Source: the human T2T-CHM13v2.0 reference genome, Homo sapiens. From it: a stretch of 64,000 nt of DNA. The notes under the pieces are model-generated. The model did no database searches, had not been told where the DNA came from, and saw only the letters and a program-made list of their open reading frames with translations. Location: NCBI RefSeq assembly GCF_009914755.1, contig NC_060944.1. One strand, 5' to 3'. The translations under genes and the position numbers were made by a program. Of this stretch, positions 1 through 11,939 are shown in pieces; position 1 is the stretch's first letter; each line of letters starts with the position of its first letter.

Positions 1-453
1 TTGCAACACTATTCACAATAGCAAAGACTTGGAACCAATCCAAATATCCATCAATGATTGATAGACTGGATTAAGAAAATGTGGCACATATACACTATGG
101 AATATTATGCAGCCATAAAAAAGGATGAATTCATGTCCTTTGTAGGGACATGGATGAAGCTGGAAACCATCATTCTCAGCAAACTATCGCAAGGACAAAA
201 AACCAAATACCACATGTTCTCACTCATAGGTGGGAATTGAACAATGAGAACACTTGGAAACAGGAAGGGGAACATCACACACCAGGGCCTGTCATGGGGT
301 GGTGGGAGGGGGGAGGGATAGCATTAGGAGATATACCTAATGTAAATGACGAGTTAATGGGTGCAGCATACCAACATGGTGCATGTATACATATGTAACA
401 AACCTGCATGTTGTACACATGTACCCTAGAACTTAAAGTATAAAAAAAAAAAA
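1..453 (+). mobile_element. 3' end of L1PA (about L1PA4/5), running off the left edge of the window
   Basis: ORF2 C-terminus (..WIKKMWHIYTMEYYAAIKK..SLIGGN*), G-rich 3'UTR, CTTAAAGTAT then poly(A) at 442-453. Confidence 0.95.
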
Positions 454-763
454 GATCTCATAGTAAATGTATTTTCCTTTCTGAATCTTGGGCACAAAAT
501 TGCTTTGGATATTTTTTCTAACTATTCAGCTGACAAATACTGTGCTTACAAAACATTTATTAAGTGTTTTTAGTCTTTAGTCACTATACAATGCATAAAA
601 TCAAATACAAAGTGAGGGAGAAAACTTTTTGGTTATGTATATTAACTGCTGGTCAGTAACCAAAAGATTATTTTGAAATCCAAAAGAGAGATTGATCATT
701 ATTATTATTTTTTTGAAAATGTTGCCACATCAAAGAAAATATACAGAATTGCAGGATTGGAAA

Positions 764-1633
764 TGAGAACTGAAACCAAGATAGCTTCCTATTTCTGAGT
801 TAAACAACACTAAGAATGGGGATATTTTTCTATCTCTATGTTAAATACTACTAAAAACAATCAAAATAACATAGCTACTTGCTCCAGAAAATTATTCTTC
901 CAGGAAGGCTGCAAACAACTGAAATCACTTAAATATTATGACCAATAGCATGTTTACCAAGTCTTTTTTCAAGAGCCTTACCAGTTTTGCTCAGTAATCC
1001 AAAGCTATTATGTCACAAACTCTGCCCAGTCACAAACAGTTCTTCACGTTCCCACTTTAAGTCCACCAGTCCTAGTCATAAAACCCTCTACAGATCCTCT
1101 TTCTACTTCTCCCTACTGAGACATCACCAAGACCTAGGAAGGTGGTGATATAGTTTGGATGTCGGCCCCCTCTAAATCTCATGTCGAAATGTGATCCTTA
1201 ATGTTGGAGGTGGGGCCTGGTGGGAGGTGTTTGGGTTTTGGGGCTTGATGCCTATCCTATGGTAATGAATGAGTTCTTGCTCTATTAGTTTACTAGCGAG
1301 CTGGTTGTTTAAAAGAGCCTGGCATCTCTCTCTTGCTCCCTCTCTCACCACGTGACATGCCTACTCCCCCTTCACTTCCACCATGAGTAAAAGCTTCCTC
1401 AGGTCCTCACCAGAAGCAGTTGCTAGTGCCATGCTTCTTGTACAGCCTGTGGAATCATGATCCAAATAAACCTCTCTTCTTTATAAGTTACCCAGTCTCA
1501 GATATTCCTTTATAGCAACACAAAACAGACTAACACAGGAGGCACTCTACTTCACTGAAATAAATCTAACAATCTTAGCTTTGTTTGATCAGTAGGTATA
1601 TTTAAATATCTTTTGGGCAATTGATAATTGACA
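764..1633 (+). mobile_element. Old ERV1-type solo LTR (MER67-like), interrupted by an MST LTR
   Basis: Starts TGAGAACTG and ends AATTGACA; has AATAAA followed by CTTAGCTTTGTTTGATC; sequence is continuous across the MST insertion. Family name is from memory. Confidence 0.45.
1146..1537 (+). mobile_element. MaLR solo LTR, MSTB-like
   Basis: TGATATAGTTTGGATG...AAAACAGACTAACACA; near-perfect 5-bp TSD GGTGG/GGAGG. Confidence 0.9.
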
Positions 1634-1740
1634 AAAGAAGTTGAAAAGGGAACTGAATGTAGCACTTTTAAAGGCCTGTAGTATAGTTTACATTGTAGAG
1701 TCTACTATTGCTCTTGGATTTTTTTTTAAATGTATGCCTA

Positions 1741-2064
<324 letters not shown>

Positions 2065-3329
2065 CTAGTAACAAGAAACATTATATTTATTTTCCTTCTT
2101 TTCTTCTAGGACAAATCTGTCAAAAACTTCTCCCTTATTTGGCTAAATTCCATCTCCTTTTTACATTAACCACTGGAAAGCTCATGAACCCTCTTGCATC
2201 ATCTGGGATGATTTATGGCTTTTATGTGCACTTTCCAGAAACACAAATGCAATAATAGTTCTGTTAAGAAGCTTAAAGAGGAAGGTAACTTATGACTGTT
2301 CTAACATATTTTTAAAATATAGATGGCTCCTTAAAGACCTCAAATGGACCACAAAACATTTTAACAAAATCTGAGGAGATACCTACTAATGGGATTTATT
2401 ATCAAAGATCTAATTTCTAGTGACAGCCATTCTGAAATATTATTTGAGATCATTGTAAATTAAGTAAGCAAACCACAATCAGAGACTAGAAAAAGCTTCC
2501 CTACATCTCTACTTACTTTTTTTTATTTTTTGGGTCACTTCTTAAATCCACAGACCATAAAGAGCTTGGGAAATGATTTTCATGTCAAGGTATAATTGCA
2601 TTATAAGCTGATATATAAATCATTTTCTTAAGCTAGGTAAATTATGCTATGCCACTGATCAATAGTGTCTGAATTTCTCTTTTTCATTGTGTTAACATAA
2701 TCATAACATACCGTTTTGTGACTACATTTCTAAGCCCACATATACTGTTTTAAAAGCTCAAGATCTGTCGGGACAATCTGGACTTGGTCATGATCTGGCT
2801 TCTCTGGGTCATTGTCAGACATCTGGTCAAGGTGAGCCTGAACAGAAGAAAATCTGTGGAGGGACACATAAAATGATCATTTAACTGTCCACATATGCCG
2901 GCAAAGATGAGGATTTGAATGACCTGCCCAGCTCCATAATGTGCCTCTCCCCACTGGCCACATCTGAATGCCCTTGATGTATCCACTTATAGGCTTGTGG
3001 GACAAGTCACTACTCAAAGGAATGGGAGAAGCACTGATCCAGGGGTTCTAATACTATAATCTGCAAAGAACTGGGCTCCAGTGATCAACAGTGAGTACCT
3101 CTGAGACAGCAAAACTTACTTCAACCAACAAAGTGCTATATTTTTGTTTTCTTGTTTTACATAGTAATAGTTATGTAGATTTTATTTGAATAAAAAGAAA
3201 AAAGTGCATCTGATGAAACATTTGAAAACTTGTTATCTATTTCCATACTATAGGGACTTGTATCCAATTCAATTTAAGCTTTTTTCTATCCAAATTCATG
3301 GACCCATTCAAGTCTATGTGCAGACCTGG

Positions 3330-4180
3330 ATGGTGCACAGATCCCAGTCTAACAGCCCCATCTTATGACCACAGATGGCTCTGTTATCTGCCAACAGTCT
3401 TCCTTGACACAAGTTACCTGCCTTGTACATCTACATATTGCTTTATTACATGCCCTTGGGCACCTTCTCCCAGGGACCCATTTGCCTAGCAGGTGACTCT
3501 CACAGCCTGTCCCCCATGGTCCTACCCTGATGGCCTTTCATCACCTATGGAGTCAGTATCACATCTTCAGCAGGTCTCCCCTGGCTGCCTTTTCCACAAT
3601 AGCAACTACATTTACCCCCGATATGGTTTGGCTCTGAGTTCCCATCCAAATCTCACCTCAAATTGTAATCTCCACATGTCAGGTGAGGGACCTGATGGGA
3701 GGTAATTGGATCTTGGGAGTGGTTTCCCTCCTACTGTTCTCATGATATTGAGAGTTCTCTTGAGATCTGATGATTTCAAAGTGTTTGGCAGTTACCCCCT
3801 CATGCATTTTCTCTCTTTTGCTGCCATGGCCATGTAAGATGTACCTTGCTTCCCCATCACCTTCTGCCATAATTGTAAGTTTCCTGGGGCCTCCCCAGCC
3901 ATGTAGATCTGTGAGTCAATTAAACCTCTTTCCTTTATAAATTACCCAGTCTCAGGTAGTTCTTTATAGCAACGTAAAAACTGACTAATACATCCCCTCC
4001 GTCTCTTTCATTCTGTCCAGCTTTATTTGTCTTTGCAATTACATGGAACTATCTACAATGTATATTAAATAATGTACTTATTTATTGTCACTCTCTTGCA
4101 CTAAAATATAAACTCCATCCATCCAAGGACTTTGTTCCACTTTCTCCTAAATCACCAGTGCCAGGCAACTCAATAAATTA
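3330..4180 (+). mobile_element. L2 3' region, interrupted by a THE1 LTR
   Basis: L2a-like 3' tail (..CACTAAAATATAAACTCCAT..GGACTTTGT..CAGTGCCAGGCA..CTCAATAAAT). Boundaries approximate. Confidence 0.65.
3619..3992 (+). mobile_element. MaLR solo LTR, THE1D/MSTA-like
   Basis: (C)GATATGGTTTGGCTCTG...GAGTCAATTAAACCTCTTT...GACTAATACA; TSD ACCCC/TCCCC. Confidence 0.9.
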
Positions 4181-4919
4181 ATTATACTTAAAAAAAGAAA
4201 AAAACAAAACAAAATTGTGGTTCTACTCTGCAACTTCCTAGATTCTTGTTTGTTCTTTCTCTCATTAGCTGCATTAAGGGTTGTTCAGGTCTGTGTCATG
4301 GCCAGGTCATTTTCACATAAGCCCCATTACAAACTTAATAGGAAGATCAAAAGATCAGCCTCCTTCTTTCTTAGAAAGGATATTCTGTCTCATGCCCTGC
4401 CTTGCTTTTGATCCATGGATGGCTGACTTCTTTCCAATAAGATGCCCATTCATCTTACACAAATAGAGGGATGGGAACTACTGCCTATTACCTTGTGTAA
4501 AGAATGTCTGGTTCTGCCAGCTGCCTTAGTACCCTATAGCTACCCATCAAGAAAAACAAAAAAACATATGTCTGAAATGCTAAGAAGTCCGGGACTCTAC
4601 ACATCACAGTGAGATTGCATTGTAGTCCAATTACTGAAAGTAATTTAAAAATGTTTCTATCCTTACTCAAGTGCCAAGTCAATACCCACATTAAGCCTTT
4701 GTTTCTTCTTTTAAAAACACACATATAACACTTCCCTCTCTTCTCTGGTTCTTAAATAACACATTCCTGCACCAGAATGTCACTAAACTCTTCATCCACA
4801 AATCTATCACTAAAACTGTCATGAATACCCAAACTTCATAGGCCCTTCTCTGTCTTCCACTCCCTGCACCTCACTAACCTCACCTCCCTGGCCGAAGTTG
4901 CCAGCCTGACTTTTGCCTT

Positions 4920-4940
4920 CTATCAGTCTATCTAGCTATA

Positions 4941-4980
<40 letters not shown>

Positions 4981-5014
4981 TCTATTGATCCATCTACTAT
5001 CTAATCATCTATCT
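4920..5014. repeat. Compound tetranucleotide STR (TCTG)5(TCTA)6 with degenerate flanks
   Basis: Pure core read directly at 4941-4984. Confidence 0.95.
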
Positions 5015-5084
5015 CCATATCTGTGATTTAGTTATACCTCGCTCCAGAACTTAGTAGCTTAAAACAATCATTTTTTAGTCTAAC

Positions 5085-5660
5085 ATATCTCTTCCAAGAC
5101 ATTTATTTACTACAAAGGGAAACATAATCACTTTAAAATGGAACAATCAGGAAGAAACCACCTTAGCCTCCTGTGTAAGGTGATTAGCACTAGCAAAAGG
5201 CCAACTTAGCATGATGGATTTGTAGATATGATGCATTGAGAAGGACCCCACATCATTCCTAAAATGCAAAAGCTCAGTCAATCCCAAATTGAGAAATGTT
5301 TCATGAATGACTGTTCAGTACTCTTCAAAAGTGTCAAAATCATGAAAAACAAGGAAAGACTTAGGAGTTGGCATAGAGCGGAAAAGACTAAAGAGATCAG
5401 AACTAAATGCAGTGAATCCTGGATTGGATCTTGAAACATGAATGAAAATAGACTCTAGTGAAAAAACTGGTGAAATTTGGATATGGTCTTCAGTTAATAG
5501 TAACATGCCAATATTAATTTCCTGGTTCTGATATTTGTACTATGGTTCCATGTCATGATAATATTAGCAGAAGCTCAGATAGAGATTTATGAAAACTTTC
5601 TATATTACTTTAGCAAGTTTTGTGTATGTCTAAAGTATATCAAAATAAAAAGTTGAAGAA
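5085..5660 (+). mobile_element. L1MC-type (L1MC4/5-like) 3' end
   Basis: Motifs CTCTTCAAAAGTGTCAAAATCATGAAAAACAAGGAAAGAC, AACTAAATGCAGTG..ATCCTGGATTGGATC and terminal CAAAATAAAAAGTT. Confidence 0.8.
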
Positions 5661-6056
5661 AAACACACAAGGATTTATTATTTCTCACACTTCCGCAGAT
5701 TCTCTTGGTGATTCTTTTGTGTCTCTTCTGGACTCACATATCTAGGAGCATTTACCTTGTAGGTTGGCTGAGTGTTGGCTTCGCTGGGACATGAGGAAAC
5801 TGGGAATCTCTCCATGTAGTCTTTCATCCTGGGCTGCTTTGCATTATGTCAGGAAATGGTTCCAGGAGGGCAAAACCATGAGCTATAAGCCTCCTCTGCC
5901 TTCCCTTGACAGTTGTACCACATTACTTCTACATTATTCTGTCAGTCAAAATGGGTTTTGAGTCCAGGGCAGATTAAAGGGGTAGGAAAATAGACTTTAG
6001 CTATTGATGGGAGTAGTGGCAGAGTCACATCACAAAAGGTTGTGGACACAGGGAGG

Positions 6057-7237
6057 TGTCTATGTCTCTTCAGGCTACTATAACAAAATGCTATAGAAAC
6101 TATTGGCTTATAAACAACCACCATTAATTTCTCACAGTACTGGAGGCTGAAAGTCCAAGATCAAGGTGCCCGCAGATTCAGTGTCTCACTAGGGCCCATT
6201 CCTCATAGACAGTGCCTTCTCAATTTATCCACACATGGTGGAAAGGGATAATTAGCTCTCTGCAGTCTTTTTTTTTTTTTTTAGTTTTTTTTATTTATTT
6301 ATTATTATTATACTTTAAGTTTTAGGGTACATGTGCACAATGTGCAGGTTAGTTACATATGTATACATGTGCCATGCTGGTGTGCTGCACCCACTAACTC
6401 GTCAACTAGCATTAGGTATAACTCCCAATGCTATCTCTCCCCCCTCCCCCCACCCCACAACAGTCCCCAGAGTGTGATGTTCCCCTTCCTGTGTCCATGT
6501 GTTCTCATTGTTCAATTCCCACCTATGAGTGAGAATATGCGGTGTTTGCTTTTTTGTTCTTGCGATAGTTTACTGAGAATGATGATTTCCAATTTCATCC
6601 ATGTCCCTACAAAGGACATGAACTCATCATTTTTATGGCTGCATAGTATTCCATGGTGTATATGTGCCACATTTTCTTAATCCAGTCTATCATTGTTGGA
6701 CATTTGGGTTGGTTCCAAGTCTTTGCTATTGTGAATAGTGCCGCAATAAACATATGTGTGCATGTGTCTTTATAGCAGCATGATTTATAGTCCATTGGGT
6801 ATATACCCAGTAATGGGATGGCTGGGTCAAATGGTATTTCTAGTTCTAGATCCCTGAGGAATCGCTACACTGACTTCCACAATGGTTGAACTAGTTTACA
6901 GTCCCACCAACAGTGTAAAGGTGTTCCTATTTCTCCACATCCTCTCCAGCACCTGTTGTTTCCTGACTTTTTAATGATTGCCATTCTAACTGGTGTGAGA
7001 TGGTATCTCATTGTGGTTTGGATTTGCATTTCTCTGATGGCCAGTGATGGTGAGCATTTTTTCATGTGTTTTTTGGCTCTGCAGTCTTTTTTATAAGGGC
7101 ACTAATCCCATTGAAGGCTTTGCCCACCAAATCTAGTTACCTCCCAATGTTGCCCCTATTATATTAATATCACTGATGTCAGGCTTCAGATTTCAACATA
7201 TGAATTTTGAGGAAACACAAACATTGAGGTCATGGCA
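6057..7237 (-). mobile_element. MLT1A0-like MaLR LTR, split by an L1PA insertion
   Basis: TGTC..GGCTACTATAACAAAAT..GTCCAAGATCAAGGTG | TTATAAGGGCACTAATCCCA..GATTTCAACATATGAATTTT..CATGGCA; TSD GGAGG/GGAGT. Confidence 0.85.
6274..7076 (-). mobile_element. 5'-truncated L1PA2/L1PA3 (~0.8 kb)
   Basis: Poly(T), antisense 3'UTR (GGTTAGTTACATATG, CACTAACTCGTC: the GAG allele, so not L1HS-Ta) and ORF2 C-terminus; TSD CTCTGCAGTCTTTTTT at 6258-6273 and 7077-7092. Confidence 0.93.
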
Positions 7238-9354
7238 GGAGTCATAATCTATTGAGGTCGTTATTGTAAAAATCTATAATAAGTCACACTGAGCTGCACC
7301 AGGATACTCAAGCAACTGAAGGCAGAGACTGGATGCCTCCTTCCCAACTGCAGTCACATCTCTTGCTGAAGCCCCTGGAGAGCATGGGCCTCCTCTCACC
7401 CTGAATCATCCTTTGTCATGAAAAAAATCCTCATGGAATAAAAAATAATTCCACCCATACATCTCCTTGTAGAATGTATTATATGTGTATGTATGTGAGT
7501 ATGTGTGGAGATTTACTTTATGTTTTTAGGTTTATTTTACTTTGTAGTAGCAAACCTGATTGTCCCATCCATTAGTTTAAATTTTATTTCCCAAAGCTCA
7601 ATTCTGTGTTGATTGCAACACAGATGGTTTCTGGGTGTGTGTAACACTAAGAGCAGGGGTTGGGAGGGCAATGGGAACTTCACTGCTTCACGATAGTATT
7701 CACCATAGATAATTCAAAGACTAGATCACCAAGACATTTATAAATTGAAGTGACCCCTGAATTCCTATTTTTCCTAGGATTTTGCTGTGTTACAAACAAA
7801 AAGTTTTGCTTAATGTCAAATTAAATGAAGGATAAAATCAACAAGAAAACAGAAATCAATAGTTTTCTATAAAGCATGGAGGAAATCAATAGAAATTGGA
7901 AGGATAACTTATTATCTATGTTCAGAGTAATCAGAGTTGAGAAGAAATTCTGCTATTAGTTAATTGACAAGGGCAAACTAATGTGTCTCACAGATGCGAT
8001 TGTTATTTATTATTTGATACTCAAAGGGGTATTACATTCAGAGCTTCCAGTTACAGGACCCAATAGAAAGTAGCATCTGTACACACTTCATTTTAATTGA
8101 ATTTGGTGTTCAAATAGAAAATAAAAGTGAGTTCTATCAAAAGACATGAACTCTTAGTCTATATGAGCCCCAAAATAAGGCTAATGCCCTTTTCACTGTT
8201 TACTATATGTTTTGAGGCTATTTAAAAACAGGCGATATTATTTCTTATCTATGCAAATGGAACAGTAGTTTCTACTTTTGTCTAAATCTCCCTAAGACTT
8301 GATCTGTCAGGAATTTTATGTACCCATGGCCAGCTTCATCTGTCTTCCAGACAGAGTGATAAAAAGTGGAATCACAGCTAATGGAGTCCCATGCAGGTTT
8401 GTGCTTTAATTACCTTCAAAACTTTGAAATCAGGATAACCTTTCCAAAGAGAAGTATCTCTAATTTTAAATGATGCTAGTATTTCTTCTAGTTACCACAC
8501 TTCTTTTATGTCTTTAGCCTGAAAAACTGAAAGCCTTTGATACAGGAAATGAGAAAAGCCCTCTGCTTTCATTCCAGGAGTTAGAAGATGAAGATAATGT
8601 CAATGCAGCTAACTGCTAATGTAGTGAAAGGTTATGATGCAAATGGTTTTGATAAAATAAAACTCTTGGTGCCTAGGTATATAGATTCTAATATACATCA
8701 TTTTAAATACAGAACTTCTATAGAGCAATGTTTTATCTAACAGGTAAAATTAAAGATGTTTACTGAATATAGTTTGTGCTCAATAAAAGTTTCAACTTAT
8801 GAATACATTAAAAAGGCTAGTGCAGGTTACTTTTTCTAGAGACATTTAGGTTACAAATATGCTTTTACACAACTTCACCTATTGCATTAAATTATGCACT
8901 TATGTTTAATAAGATAGCTTGGTTGAACACAGGTTTGAAAATTTGATTCTTGTTTTTAAAGTCCAACTTTTAAGGCTTTCATTATACTTTTCTTTAGAAT
9001 AAAATCTTAGAATTTTTCTTTTTTGCTAAAAAAACCATAGAACGTCTCTTCTCCTTGTGTTGAAATGAGGTCCATATGGTCAATCTGTGGATAATAATTG
9101 TCCTAGGTGCAGGATAATGACCTGGTTGCTATAGGAAAATAGAAACAAAATAGAATAGAATACAGGAATCCTGACCTCCGAAACTTTACATTTTAAAGGA
9201 ACAGCCAAGGTTAACATAATAGAGAAAAAAACACAAATCAAATATATTAACAATTACATATTAATAAATCTGTGAAAAAACAAAATGGATAAATTCTGAA
9301 AAAAATTACATATATATACACATGCTCACAAACTCTTTAAGAAAAGCTAACTTT

Positions 9355-9432
9355 TGTAAAAGAAATGGAAGAAAGGAAGGGAAGAATGAAGCAGGGAGGG
9401 AGAGAGGGAAAAAGAGAGGAAGGAAAGGAGGG
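9355..9432. repeat. Purine-rich (GGAA/GGA) low-complexity tract
   Basis: Read directly. Confidence 0.75.
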
Positions 9433-9439
9433 ATCTCAG

Positions 9440-10299
9440 TAGTGATACACAATACTGATTTGTTTCTCCATTGTGTCACAGATGCTCTGCTCTATGCCAT
9501 CAATCATGGACTCAGGTTTCTACTATCTTTTTGTTCCATTGCTCTGTGAGTCCTTGAAGGCATCACTATTCAACTGAATAATTAGGAAGGAGAAGGTTGA
9601 ACATGGAATAATTAGATCATGGAATATTGTAGGGAGTGTTTTCTGTGTGCCCAGGTTGGGAATAGTATAGATCACTTTCACTCATATTCCACTGGCCAGA
9701 ACACAGTGCCAAGACAGCCCCCAGTGATCATTGCCTCCTGGTCTTCACACCCTTGTGATGTCCCCTCACATTGTATCTGTCAGAAGTGATGGTATGACTT
9801 CTAAGATTAGACTATAAGAGATTTCTGCTTCTATCCGAAGCTTGCCTTCTCTTGAATCACTCACTCTGTGGAAAGCAAACTGTCCTGTTGTGAGCCGCCC
9901 TAGGGAGAAACCTACATATTAAGGAACTTCTAGTAGATATCCAGCAAGGAACCAACAACCACCATGTGAGTTGGCTAGGAAGCAGCTTCTCCAATTCCAG
10001 GTGAGTCTTGAGATGACAGCAGCCTCTGCTGACATCTTGACTGCAACCCAGTGAGAGACCTGAAGCCAGAACCAAGTTGCTAAGCCACATGGAATTCTTG
10101 GATTTCTTGACTGTCAGGAACTGTGTGAGATAATAACTGTGATGATTTAAACTTCTGAGGTTTGGGTAACTTATTACATAGCAAGAGGTAACTAACATGC
10201 ATAACCTCACCCAACTGAAAGGAAGGCTGGAAAATGACTGCCAGTTGTGTGTCCAAGAGGAAAGGAGAGAGGGTTTAGTGTCCATAGCTGTCTATACCA
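9440..10299 (-). mobile_element. Old MLT1 (J/K-like) LTR, interrupted by an MLT1F-like LTR
   Basis: ATCACTTTCACTCATATTCCACTGGCCAGAAC | CCCAACTGAAAGGAAGGCTGGAAAATG..TACCACA terminus. Confidence 0.65.
9707..10197 (+). mobile_element. MLT1F-like MaLR LTR
   Basis: CTCCTGGTCTTCACACCCTTGTG..GAGATGACAGCAGCC..GACATCTTGACTGCAACC..GAGAGACC..TTACATAGCAAGAGGTAACTAACA. Confidence 0.8.
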
Positions 10300-10924
10300 C
10301 ACTGAATATCCACCCTGGGCAGGTCTTAGGGTCAATGAGACTTTTACCTTCCCCTCAGGAGCTCCTATGGACAACACAGCCACAGAGGCATCACTCAAAT
10401 TCTCTTCATGCTCTTAGCCTTTTCCATTTACTCTGACAGCCATGCAAGTGACCTCTATAAAGAATGCCAGAATCAATGGTGCCTATGGTTACCGATCTCA
10501 GTCTTACTTCCTCATAGATTGATAGTGAAGATTTTGATCTTGTCTAGGGGAATCTAGGAGCACTCAGAACTCCAGACTTCAAGAAATACCCCTGCGCTGA
10601 TGCACACCCAGATCCTTGTACTTAACCTTCATACTCAAAGACTTTCATCAGGTCTTTGCAAGCCAAAAGATAATCCATAATAGGCCCAGGGCACCAGAAC
10701 ACATTATCCTCAGGCCTGGAACCCTCCAGTGGATTAGTCAAAGAGCAAAGATGGGATAACTTTATCCACCTGCTTTCCATTGGATATTGCATAGCTCCAT
10801 AAGAATGCAACACATACTCTGATGGGTAATTTCTTGTGCGAATATTTTTCAGGTAATCACCTTTCACTCAAACTCTTTACCTGTAATCTTTCCTGTAGCT
10901 AAAAACACTCTACAGGAAAGAGAA

Positions 10925-11939
10925 GGATAGCAGTTCCAAGATGGCTGAATAGGAACAGCTCCAGTCTACAGCTCCCAGCATGAGCGACACAAAAGATGAA
11001 TGATTTCTGCATTTCCAACTGAGGTACCGGGTTCATCTCACTGGGGACTGTTGGACAGTGGGTGCAGTGCACCAAGCATGAGTCAATGCAGGGCGAGGCA
11101 TTGCCTCACCCGAAAAGCACAAGGGGTCAGGGAATTCCCTTTCCTAGCCAAGGAAAGGGGTAACACATGGCGCCTGGAAAATCGGGTCACTCCCACCCTA
11201 ATACTGCGCTTTTCCGATGGTCTTAGCAAACAGCACACCAGGAGATTATATCCCGCACATGGCTCAGAGGGTCCTACGCCCACAGAGCCTTGCTCATTGC
11301 CAGCACAGCAGTCTGAGATCAAACTGCAAGGCGAAAATGAGGCTGGGGGAGGGTCACCCACCATTGCTGAGGCTTGAGTAGGTAAACAAAGCAGCTGGGA
11401 AGCTCTAACTGGGTGGATCCCACCGCAGCTCAAGGAGGCCTGCCTGCCTCTGTAGATTCCTACCTCTGGGGGCAGGGCATAGCCAAACAAAAGGCAGCAG
11501 AAACCTCTGCAGACTTAAATGTCCCTGTCTGAGAGCTTTGAAGAGAGTAGTGGCTCTCCCAACATGCAGCTGGAGATCTGAGAACTGATAGACTGCCTCT
11601 TTAAGTGGGTCCCTGGCCCCCGAGTAGCCTAACTGGGAGACAACCCCTAATAGGGGCAGACTGACACCTCACACGGCCAGGTACTCCTCCGAGACAAAAC
11701 TTCCAGAGGAACGATCAGGCTCCAACATTTGCTGTTCACCAATATCCACTGTTCTGCAGCCTCCGATGCTGATACCCAGACAAACAGGGTCTGGAGTGGA
11801 CCTCTGGCAAACTCCAACAGACTGCAGCTGAGGGTCCTGACTGTTAGAAGGAAAACTAACAAACAGAAAGGACATCCACACCAAAACCCCATCTGTACGT
11901 CACCATCATCAAAGACCAAAGGTAGATAAAACCACAAAG
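10925..11939 (+). promoter_or_regulatory. L1 5'UTR (internal sense promoter and antisense promoter), with the YY1 core at ~10937-10945
   Basis: CAAGATGGC is retained while many CpGs have decayed. Promoter function is inferred from L1 family biology only. Confidence 0.7.
11083..11364 (-). CDS. L1 antisense ORF0-like open frame (93 aa); expression unproven
   Basis: ATG at 11364-11362; MVGDPPPASFSPCSLISDCC..SEKRSIRVGVTRFSR resembles primate ORF0 (MAGAPPPASLPPCSLISDCC..). Confidence 0.6.
   Translation of the reverse strand: MVGDPPPASFSPCSLISDCCAGNEQGSVGVGPSEPCAGYNLLVCCLLRPSEKRSIRVGVTRFSRRHVLPLSLARKGNSLTPCAFRVRQCLALH

Larger units (their letters stand above)
5022..7280 (-). mobile_element. Old MLT1-family LTR in three pieces (~5022-5075, ~5665-6056, ~7243-7280)
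   Basis: MLT1 antisense motifs AACTTAGTAGCTTAAAACAA, TTATTTCTCACA and AAATAGACTTT..TTGATGGGAGTAGTGGCAGAGTCACAT. Confidence 0.65.

Noticed and set aside
2750-3100. Unique-looking segment with a 78-aa ORF and a GTGAGT donor-like site
   Set aside because: No recognisable protein similarity or convincing acceptor; ORFs of this size occur by chance.
8560-8640. Possible small exon after CTGCTTTCATTCCAG
   Set aside because: The donor is weak (AAG/GTTATG), the most coding-like frame hits a stop, and there are no supporting neighbouring exons; it cannot be supported without RNA data.
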